Of a stretch of DNA of 64,000 nt, positions 52,301 through 64,000 are shown piece by piece (the stretch's first letter is position 1; the number at the start of each line of letters is the position of its first letter). Made by a program: the position numbers and the translations under genes. This DNA comes from Eledone cirrhosa (Eukaryota): the NCBI GenBank assembly GCA_964016885.1, contig OZ024743.1, positions 304,792,001-304,856,000 of the forward strand, written 5' to 3'. The notes below the pieces were generated by a model that saw nothing but the letters and a program-made list of their open reading frames with translations, was not told where the DNA came from and made no database searches.

Positions 52301-55300
52301 AATGTAAGTTATATGAAGGGTCATAACAAACTGTATTGTAAGTTATATTAAGGTTCATAACAAACTGTAATGTAAGTTATATTAAAGGTCATAACAAACT
52401 GTAATGTAAGTTATATTAAGGGTCATAACAAACTTTAATGTAAGTTATATTAAGGGTTATAACTGTATTGCAAGTTATATTAATTGTCATAACATACTAT
52501 AATGTAAGTTATATTAAGATTCATAACAAACTTTATTCTAAGTTTTATTAAGGGTCATAACAAACTATTATCTAAGTTGTATTAAGGGTCATAACTGTAT
52601 TGTAAGTTATATTAAGGGTCATAACATACTGTAATGTAAGTGATATTAAGGGACATAACAAACTCTAATATAAGTTATATTAAGGGTCATAACAAACTGT
52701 AATGTAAGTTATATTGAGGTTCATAACAAACTGTAATGTAAGTTATATTAAGGGTCATAACAAACTATTATGTAAGTTGTATTGAGGGTCATAGCTGTAT
52801 TGTAAGTTATATTAAGGGTGATAATATACTGTAATGTAAGTGATATTAAGGGACATAACAAACTGTAATGTAAGTTACATCAAGTGTCATAACACACTGC
52901 AATGTAAGTTATATTACGGACCATAACAAGCTGTAATGTAAGTTATATTAAGGGTCACAACAAACTGTTTTCTCAGTTATATTATGGGTCATAAGAAAAT
53001 GTTATGTAAGTTATATTAAGCGTCATAACAAACTGTTATGTAAGTTATATTAGGGGACATAATAAACTGTAGTGTAAGTTATATTAAGGGTCATAACAAA
53101 CTAATGCAAGTTACATTAAGGGTCATAACAAACGGTAGTGTAAGTTACATTAAGGGTCATAATAGACTGTAGTGTAAGTTATATTAAGGGACATAAACTG
53201 TAATGTGAGTAATATTAAGGGTAATAAACTGTTATGTAAGTTATATTAAGCATCACAGCAAACTGTAACGTAAGTGATATTAAGAGTCATAAGAAACTGT
53301 AATGTAAATTACATTAAGGGCCATAAGAAACTGCAACGTAAGTTATATTAAGTGTCATAACAAACCGTTATGTAAGTTATATTAAGGGTCATAACAAAAT
53401 GTTTTGTCGGTTATATTAAGGGTCATAGCCAACTGTAATGTAAGTGATATTAAGGGACAACAAACTGTAATGTAAGTTACATTAAGCGTCATAACAAACT
53501 CTAATGTAATTTATATTAGAGGCCATAACAAACTGTAATGTAAGTTATATTAAGGGTCATAACAAACTGTATTGTAATTTATATTAACGGTCATAACATA
53601 ATGTTATGTAAGTTATATTAGGGGTCATAACAAACTGTAATGTAAGCTATATTAAGGTTCATAACAAACTTTATTGTAAGTTTTATTAAGGGTCATAACA
53701 AACTATTATGTAACTTATATAAGGGTCATAACTGTATTGTAAGTTATATTAAGGGTCATAACATACTGTAATGTAAGTGATATTAAGGGACATAACAAAC
53801 TGTAGTGTAAGTTACATTAAGTGTCATAACAAACTGTAGTGTAAGTTATATTAGGAGCCATAACAAACTGTATTGCTAGTTATATTAGGGGTCATAACAA
53901 ACTATAGTGTAAGTTATATTAGGGGTCATAACAAACTGTAGTGTAAGTTATATTAAGGTTCATAATAAAATTAAATGTAAGGTATATTAGGGCTCATAAC
54001 AAACTGTAATGTAAGTTATATTAAGGGTCATAAAAAACTGTAATGTAAGTTATATTAAGGGTCATAACTAACTTTATTGTAAGTTATATTAAGGGTCATA
54101 ACAAACTGTAATGTAAGTTATATTAAGGGTCATAACTGTATTCTAAGTTATATTATGGGTCATAACATACTGTACAGCAAGTTATATTAATGGTCATAAC
54201 AAACTGTAGTGTAAGTTATATTAACGGTCATAGCAAACTGTTATGTAAGTTATATTAAGGGTCATAGCAAATATTAATGTAAGTGATATTAAGGGACACA
54301 ACAAACTGTAATGTAAGTGATATTAGGGGTAATAGCAAACTGTAATGTAAGTAATATTAGGGGTTATAACAAACTGTAGTGTAAGTTATATTAAGGATCA
54401 GAACAAACTCTAGTGTAAGATATATTACGGGTCATAACAAACTGTAATGTAAGTTATATTAGGGCCCATAACGAACTGTAATGTAAGTTATATTAAGGGT
54501 CATAACAAACTGTATTGTAAGTTATATTAACGGTTATAACAAAATGTTATGTAAGTTATATTAAGGGTCATAACAAACTGTAATGTAAGTTATATTAGGG
54601 GCCATAATAAACTCTAATATAAGTTATATTAAGGATCATAACAAACTCTAGTGTAAGATATATTAAGGGTCATAACAAACTGTAATGTATGTTATATTAA
54701 GGTCCATAAAAACTGTATTGTAAGTTATATTAACGGTCATAACAAATTGTTATGTAAGTTATATTAGGGGTCATAACAAACTGTAATGTAAGTTATATTA
54801 AGGGTGATAACGAACTTATTTAGTTATATTAAGGGTCATTGCAAACTGTATTGTAAGTTATAATAAGGGTTATAACTGTATTGAAAAGTATATTAATGGT
54901 CATAACATACTGTAATGTAAGTTATATTAAGGGTCATAACTGTATTGTAAGTTATATTAAGAGTCATAACAAACTGTTATGTTATTTATATTAAGGGACA
55001 TAACAAACTGTAATATAAGTTATATGAAGGGTCATAACATACTGTACATTAAGTTATATTAAGTCTCATAACAAACTGTAGTGTAAGTTATATTATGGGT
55101 CATAACAAACTGTAGTGTAAGTTATATTAAGGGTCATAACAAACTGTAATGTAATTTATATTAAGGGTCATAACAAACTGTAGTGTAAGTTATATTAAGG
55201 GTAACAGCAAACTGTAATGTAAGTGATATTAAGGTACATAACAAACTGTAATGTAAGTGATATTAAGGAACATAATAAATTATAATGTAAGTTACATTAA

Positions 55301-58300
55301 GGTTCATAACAAACTGTAATGTAAGTTATACTAGGGGCCATAACGAACTGTAATGTAAGTTATATTAAGGGCCATAACAAACTGTATTGTAAGTTATATT
55401 AACGGTCATAACAAAATGTTATATAAGTTATATTATTGGTCATAACAAACTGTAATGTAAGTTATATTAGGGGTCATAACAACCTGTAATGTAAATTATA
55501 TTAAGGGTCATAACAAACTGTAATGTAAGTTATATGAAGGGTCATAACAAACTGTATTGTAAGTTATATTAAGGTTCATAACAAACTGTAATGTAAGTTA
55601 TATTAAAGGTCATAACAAACTGTAATGTAAGTTATATTAAGGGTCATAACAAACTTTAATGTAAGTTATATTAAGGGTTATAACTGTATTGCAAGTTATA
55701 TTAATTGTCATAACATACTATAATGTAAGTTATATTAAGATTCATAACAAACTTTATTCTAAGTTTTATTAAGGGTCATAACAAACTATTATCTAAGTTG
55801 TATTAAGGGTCATAACTGTATTGTAAGTTATATTAAGGGTCATAACATACTGTAATGTAAGTGATATTAAGGGACATAACAAACTCTAATATAAGTTATA
55901 TTAAGGGTCATAACAAACTGTAATGTAAGTTATATTGAGGTTCATAACAAACTGTAATGTAAGTTATATTAAGGGTCATAACAAACTATTATGTAAGTTG
56001 TATTGAGGGTCATAGCTGTATTGTAAGTTATATTAAGGGTGATAATATACTGTAATGTAAGTGATATTAAGGGACATAACAAACTGTAATGTAAGTTACA
56101 TCAAGTGTCATAACACACTGCAATGTAAGTTATATTACGGACCATAACAAGCTGTAATGTAAGTTATATTAAGGGTCACAACAAACTGTTTTCTCAGTTA
56201 TATTATGGGTCATAAGAAAATGTTATGTAAGTTATATTAAGCGTCATAACAAACTGTTATGTAAGTTATATTAGGGGACATAATAAACTGTAGTGTAAGT
56301 TATATTAAGGGTCATAACAAACTAATGCAAGTTACATTAAGGGTCATAACAAACGGTAGTGTAAGTTACATTAAGGGTCATAATAGACTGTAGTGTAAGT
56401 TATATTAAGGGACATAAACTGTAATGTGAGTAATATTAAGGGTAATAAACTGTTATGTAAGTTATATTAAGCATCACAGCAAACTGTAACGTAAGTGATA
56501 TTAAGAGTCATAAGAAACTGTAATGTAAATTACATTAAGGGCCATAAGAAACTGCAACGTAAGTTATATTAAGTGTCATAACAAACCGTTATGTAAGTTA
56601 TATTAAGGGTCATAACAAAATGTTTTGTCGGTTATATTAAGGGTCATAGCCAACTGTAATGTAAGTGATATTAAGGGACAACAAACTGTAATGTAAGTTA
56701 CATTAAGCGTCATAACAAACTCTAATGTAATTTATATTAGAGGCCATAACAAACTGTAATGTAAGTTATATTAAGGGTCATAACAAACTGTATTGTAATT
56801 TATATTAACGGTCATAACATAATGTTATGTAAGTTATATTAGGGGTCATAACAAACTGTAATGTAAGCTATATTAAGGTTCATAACAAACTTTATTGTAA
56901 GTTTTATTAAGGGTCATAACAAACTATTATGTAACTTATATAAGGGTCATAACTGTATTGTAAGTTATATTAAGGGTCATAACATACTGTAATGTAAGTG
57001 ATATTAAGGGACATAACAAACTGTAGTGTAAGTTACATTAAGTGTCATAACAAACTGTAGTGTAAGTTATATTAGGAACCATAACAAACTGTATTGCTAG
57101 TTATATTAGGGGTCATAACAAACTATAGTGTAAGTTATATTAGGGGTCATAACAAACTGTAGTGTAAGTTATATTAAGGTTCATAATAAAATTAAATGTA
57201 AGGTATATTAGGGCTCATAACAAACTGTAATGTAAGTTATATTAAGGGTCATAAAAAACTGTAATGTAAGTTATATTAAGGGTCATAACTAACTTTATTG
57301 TAAGTTATATTAAGGGTCATAACAAACTGTAATGTAAGTTATATTAAGGGTCATAACTGTATTCTAAGTTATATTATGGGTCATAACATACTGTACAGCA
57401 AGTTATATTAATGGTCATAACAAACTGTAGTGTAAGTTATATTAACGGTCATAGCAAACTGTTATGTAAGTTATATTAAGGGTCATAGCAAATATTAATG
57501 TAAGTGATATTAAGGGACACAACAAACTGTAATGTAAGTGATATTAGGGGTAATAGCAAACTGTAATGTAAGTAATATTAGGGGTTATAACAAACTGTAG
57601 TGTAAGTTATATTAAGGATCAGAACAAACTCTAGTGTAAGATATATTACGGGTCATAACAAACTGTAATGTAAGTTATATTAGGGCCCATAACGAACTGT
57701 AATGTAAGTTATATTAAGGGTCATAACAAACTGTATTGTAAGTTATATTAACGGTTATAACAAAATGTTATGTAAGTTATATTAAGGGTCATAACAAACT
57801 GTAATGTAAGTTATATTAGGGGCCATAACAAACTCTAATATAAGTTATATTAAGGATGATAACAAACTCTAGTGTAAGATATATTAAGGGTCATAACAAA
57901 CTGTAATGTATGTTATATTAAGGGCCATAAAAACTGTATTGTAAGTTATATTAACGGTCATAACAAAATGTTATGTAAGTTATATTAGGGGTCATAACAA
58001 ACTGTAGTGTAAGTTATATTAAGGGTGATAATATACTGTAATGTAAGTGATATTAAGGGACATAACAAACTCTAATATAAGTTATATTAAGGGTCATAAC
58101 AAACTGTAATGTAAGTTATATTGAGGTTCATAACAAACTGTAATGTAAGTTATATTAAGGGTCATAACAAACTATTATGTAAGTTGTATTGAGGGTCATA
58201 GCTGTATTGTAAGTTATATTAAGGGTGATAATATACTGTAATGTAAGTGATATTAAGGGACATAACAAACTGTAATGTAAGTTACATCAAGTGTCATAAC

Positions 58301-61300
58301 ACACTGCAATGTAAGTTATATTACGGACCATAACAAGCTGTAATGTAAGTTATATTAAGGGTCACAACAAACTGTTTTCTCAGTTATATTATGGGTCATA
58401 AGAAAATGTTATGTAAGTTATATTAAGCGTCATAACAAACTGTTATGTAAGTTATATTAGGGGACATAATAAACTGTAGTGTAAGTTATATTAGGGGTCA
58501 TAACAAACTAATGCAAGTTACATTAAGGGTCATAACAAACGGTAGTGTAAGTTACATTAAGGGTCATAACAGACTGTAGTGTAAGTTATATTAAGGGACA
58601 TAAACTGTAATGTGAGTAATATTAAGGGTAATAAACTGTTATGTAAGTTATATTAAGCATCACAGCAAACTGTAACGTAAGTGATATTAAGAGTCATAAG
58701 AAACTGGAATGTAAATTACATTAAGGGCCATAAGAAACTGCAACGTAAGTTATATTAAGTGTCATAACAAACCGTTATGTAAGTTATATTAAGGGTCATA
58801 ACAAAATGTTTTGTCGGTTATATTAAGGGTCATAGCCAACTGTAATGTAAGTGATATTAAGGGACAACAAACTGTAATGTAAGTTACATTAAGCGTCATA
58901 ACAAACTCTAATGTAATTTATATTAGAGGCCATAACAAACTGTAATGTAAGTTATATTAAGGGTCATAACAAACTGTATTGTAATTTATATTAACGGTCA
59001 TAACATAATGTTATGTAAGTTATATTAGGGGTCATAACAAACTTTATTGTAAGTTTTATTAAGGGTCATAACAAACTATTATGTAACTTATATAAGGGTC
59101 ATAACTGTATTGTAAGTTATATTAAGGGTCATAACATACTGTAATGTAAGTGATATTAAGGGACATAACAAACTGTAGTGTAAGTTACATTAAGTGTCAT
59201 AACAAACTGTAGTGTAAGTTATATTAGGAGCCATTACAAACTGTAATGCTAGTTATATTAGGGGTCATAACAAACTATAGTGTAAGTTATATTAGGGGTC
59301 ATAACAAACTGTAGTGTAAGTTATGTTAAGGTTCATAATAAAATTAAATGTAAGGTATATTAGGGCTCATAACAAACTGTAATGTAAGTTATATTAAGGG
59401 TCATAAAAAACTGTAATGTAAGTTATATTAAGGGTCATAACTAACTTTATTGTAAGTTATATTAAGGGTCATAACAAACTGTAATGTAAGTTATATTAAG
59501 GGTCATAACTGTATTCTAAGTTATATTATGGGTCATAACATACTGTACAGCAAGTTATATTAATGGTCATAACAAACTGTAGTGTAAGTTATATTAACGG
59601 TCATAGCAAACTGTTATGTAAGTTATATTAAGGGTCATAGCAAATATTAATGTAAGTGATATTAAGGGACATAACAAACTGTAATGTAAGTGATATTAGG
59701 GGTAATAGCAAACTGTAACGTAAGTAATATTAGGGGTTATAACAAACTGTAGTGTAAGTTATATTAAGGATCAGAACAAACTCTAGTGTAAGATATATTA
59801 AGGGTCATAACAAACTGTAATGTAAGTTATATTAGGGCCCATAACGAACTGTAATGTAAGTTATATTAAGGGTCATAACAAACTGTATTGTAAGTTATAT
59901 TAACGGTTATAACAAAATGTTATGTAAGTTATATTAAGGGTCATAACAAACTGTAATGTAAGTTATATTAGGGGCCATAACAAACTCTAATATAAGTTAT
60001 ATTAAGGATGATAACAAACTCTAGTGTAAGATATATTAAGGGTCATAACAAACTGTAATGTATGTTATATTAAGGGCCATAAAAACTGTATTGTAAGTTA
60101 TATTAACGGTCATAACAAAATGTTATGTAAGTTATATTAGGGGTCATAACAAACTGTAGTGTAAGTTATATTAAGGGTGATAATATACTGTAATGTAAGT
60201 GATATTAAGGGACATAACAAACTGTAATGTAAGTTACATCAAGTGTCATAACACACTGCAATGTAAGTTATATTACGGACCATAACAAGCTGTAATGTAA
60301 GTTATATTAAGGGTCACAACAAACTGTTTTCTCAGTTATATTATGGGTCATAAGAAAATGTTATGTAAGTTATATTAAGCGTCATAACAAACTGTTATGT
60401 AAGTTATATTAGGGGACATAATAAACTGTAGTGTAAGTTATATTAAGGGTCATAACAAACTAATGCAAGTTACATTAAGGGTCATAACAAACGGTAGTGT
60501 AAGTTACATTAAGGGTCATAATAGACTGTAGTGTAAGTTATATTAAGGGACATAAACTGTAATGTGAGTAATATTAAGGGTAATAAACTGTTATGTAAGT
60601 TATATTAAGCATCACAGCAAACTGTAACGTAAGTGATATTAAGAGTCATAAGAAACTGTAATGTAAATTACATTAAGGGCCATAAGAAACTGCAACGTAA
60701 GTTATATTAAGTGTCATAACAAACCGTTATGTAAGTTATATTAAGGGTCATAACAAAATGTTTTGTCGGTTATATTAAGGGTCATAGCCAACTGTAATGT
60801 AAGTGATATTAAGGGACAACAAACTGTAATGTAAGTTACATTAAGCGTCATAACAAACTCTAATGTAATTTATATTAGAGGCCATAACAAACTGTAATGT
60901 AAGTTATATTAAGGGTCATAACAAACTGTATTGTAATTTATATTAACGGTCATAACATAATGTTATGTAAGTTATATTAGGGGTCATAACAAACTGTAAT
61001 GTAAGCTATATTAAGGTTCATAACAAACTTTATTGTAAGTTTTATTAAGGGTCATAACAAACTATTATGTAACTTATATAAGGGTCATAACTGTATTGTA
61101 AGTTATATTAAGGGTCATAACATACTGTAATGTAAGTGATATTAAGGGACATAACAAACTGTAGTGTAAGTTACATTAAGTGTCATAACAAACTGTAGTG
61201 TAAGTTATATTAGGAGCCATAAAAAACTGTATTGCTAGTTATATTAGGGGTCATAACAAACTATAGTGTAAGTTATATTAGGGGTCATAACAAACTGTAG

Positions 61301-64000
61301 TGTAAGTTATATTAAGGTTCATAATAAAATTAAATGTAAGGTATATTAGGGCTCATAACAAACTGTAATGTAAGTTATATTAAGGGTCATAAAAAACTGT
61401 AATGTAAGTTATATTAAGGGTCATAACTAACTTTATTGTAAGTTATATTAAGGGTCATAACAAACTGTAATGTAAGTTATATTAAGGGTCATAACTGTAT
61501 TCTAAGTTATATTATGGGTCATAACATACTGTACAGCAAGTTATATTAATGGTCATAACAAACTGTAGTGTAAGTTATATTAACGGTCATAGCAAACTGT
61601 TATGTAAGTTATATTAAGGGTCATAGCAAATATTAATGTAAGTGATATTAAGGGACATAACAAACTGTAATGTAAGTGATATTAGGGGTCATAGCAAACC
61701 GTAATGTAAGTAATATTAGGGGTTATAACAAACTGTAGTGTAAGTTATATTAAGGATCAGAACAAACTCTAGTGTAAGATATATTAAGGGTCATAACAAA
61801 CTGTAATGTAAGTTATATTAGGGCCCGTAACGAACTGTAATGTAAGTTATATTAAGGGTCATAACAAACTGTATTGTAAGTTATATTAACGGTTATAACA
61901 AAATGTTATGTAAGTTATATTAAGGGTCATAACAAACTGTAATGTAAGTTATATTAGGGGCCATAACAAACTCTAATATAAGTTATATTAAGGATGATAA
62001 CAAACTCTAGTGTAAGATATATTAAGGGTCATAACAAACTGTAATGTATGTTATATTAAGGGCCATAAAAACTGTATTGTAAGTTCTATTAACGGTCATA
62101 ACAAAATGTTATGTAAGTTATATTAGGTGTCATAACAAACTGTAGTGTAAGTTATATTAAGGTTAACAGCAAACTGTAATGTAAGTGATATTAAGGAACA
62201 TAATAAACTATAATGTAAGTTACATTAAGGGTCATAACAAACTGTAATGTAAGTTATATTAGGGGCCATAACGAACTGTAATGTAAGTTATATTAAGGGC
62301 CATAACAAACTGTATTGTAAGTTATATTAACGGTCATAACAAAATGTTATATAAGTTATATTATTGGTCACAACAAACTGTAATGTAAGTTATATTAGGG
62401 GCAATAACAACCTGTAATGTAAGTTATATTAAGGGTCATAACAAACTGTAATATAAGTTATATTAAGGGTCATAACAAACTGTATTGTAAGTTATATTAA
62501 GGTTCATAACAAACTGTAATGTAAGTTATATTAAGGGTCATAACAAACTCTAATGTAAGTTATATTAAGGGTCATAACAAACTTTAATTTAAGTTATATT
62601 AAGGGTTATAACTGTATTGCAAGTTATATTAAGGGTCATAACATACTGTAATGTAAGTGATATTAAGGCACATAACAAACTGTAATGTAAGTTATATTAA
62701 GGGTCACAACAAACTGTAATGTAATTTATATTAAGGCTCATAACAAACTGCAATATAAGTTATATTGAGGGTCATAACAAACTGGAATGCAAGATATATT
62801 AGCGGTCATAACAAACTGTAATGTAAGTTATATTAAGGGTCATAATATACTGTAATGTACGTTATATTAAGGGTCATAACAAACTATAATATAAGTTATA
62901 TTAAGGGTCAAATCAAACTGTAGTGTAAGTTATATTATGGATCATACCAAACTGTTATGTAAGTTATATTAAGAATCATAATAAACTGTTATGTAAGTTA
63001 TATTACGGGACATAACAAACTGTAGTGTAAGTTATATTAAGGGTCATAACAAACTGTAATATAAGTTATATTAATGGTCATAGTAAACTGTAATGTAAGT
63101 GATATTAAGGGACATAACAAACTGTAATTTAAGTTACATTAAGGGTCATAACAAACTGTATTGTATCTCCTATTAACGGTCATAACAAACTCTAATGTAA
63201 GTTATATTAGGGGCCATAACAAACTCTAATGTAAGTTATATTAGGGGTCATAACAAACTGTAATGTAAGTTATATTAAGGTTCATAGCAAACTCTATCGT
63301 AAGTTATATTATGGATCATAACTGTATTGCAAGTTATATTAATGGTCATAAGATACTGTTATGGCGGTTATATTAGGGGACATAAGAAACTGTAACGTAA
63401 GTTATATCAAGGGTCATAACAAACTGTATTGTAAGTAATATTAAGGGTCATAACATACTGTAATGTAAGTAATATTAAGGGTCATAGAAAACTGTAATGT
63501 AAGTTATATTAAGGGTCATAACAAACTTTATTGTAAGTTATATTAAGGGGCATAACAAACTGTTATGTAAGTTATATTAAGGGTCATAACAAACTTTATT
63601 GTAAGTTATATTAAGAGTCATAACTGTATTGCAGGTTATATTAATGGTCATAACATAGTTTAATGTAAGTTATATTAAGGGTCATAACAAACTGTAATGT
63701 AACTTATATTAAGGGTCATAACAAACTGTAGTATAAGTTATATTAAGGGTCATAACAAACTGTAATGAAAGTTATATTAAGAGTCATAACATACTGTAAT
63801 GTAAGTTATATTAAGGGTCATAACAAACTGAAATGTAAGTTATATTAGCGGTCATAAAGTGTAATGTAAGTTATATTAGCGGTTATAAAGTGTAATGTAA
63901 CTTATATGATGTGTCATAACGAACTGTAATGTAAGTGATATTACGTGACATAACAAACTGTAATATAAGTTATATTAAGGGTCATAAGAAACTGTAATTC
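25385..64000. repeat. Satellite DNA array, 34-bp monomer, over 1,100 copies, running off the window end
   Basis: Consensus TATATTAAGGGTCATAACAAACTGTAATGTAAGT, head-to-tail in one orientation, with recurrent 30-33 bp deletion variants. No ORFs of 60 aa or more in the supplied track. Confidence 0.99.

Noticed and set aside
25385-64000. CRISPR array (34-bp repeat length)
   Set aside because: Monomers abut directly with no unique spacers, there are no cas genes, and the context is eukaryotic intron/exon.

Overview
Eukaryotic, AT-rich animal genomic DNA. The SINE families look like those of coleoid cephalopods, probably Octopus (inference from recalled consensus sequences). The first ~25 kb holds five phase-1 exons of a + strand gene encoding tandem MAM domains: the C-terminal half of one domain plus two complete domains. 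Its introns are packed with retroelement debris: stacked R4/Dong-type RLE LINEs, RTE- and CRE-type LINE fragments, many tRNA-derived SINEs, a 62-bp minisatellite, and a cluster of Penelope-like elements. The Penelope-like cluster carries three well-formed minimal hammerhead ribozyme folds and two degenerate ones; two of the three lie in the arms of a ~2 kb inverted-repeat element. A candidate HDV-like ribozyme sits at the 5' end of the near-full-length R4/Dong element. From ~25385 to the window end is one continuous >38.6 kb array of a 34-bp satellite, apparently inside an intron of the MAM gene. It has a homogenised higher-order-repeat core (periods of 2186 and 3221 bp plus variants) and more diverged flanks. 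No prokaryotic system is present. All calls were made by eye; repeat boundaries are approximate.
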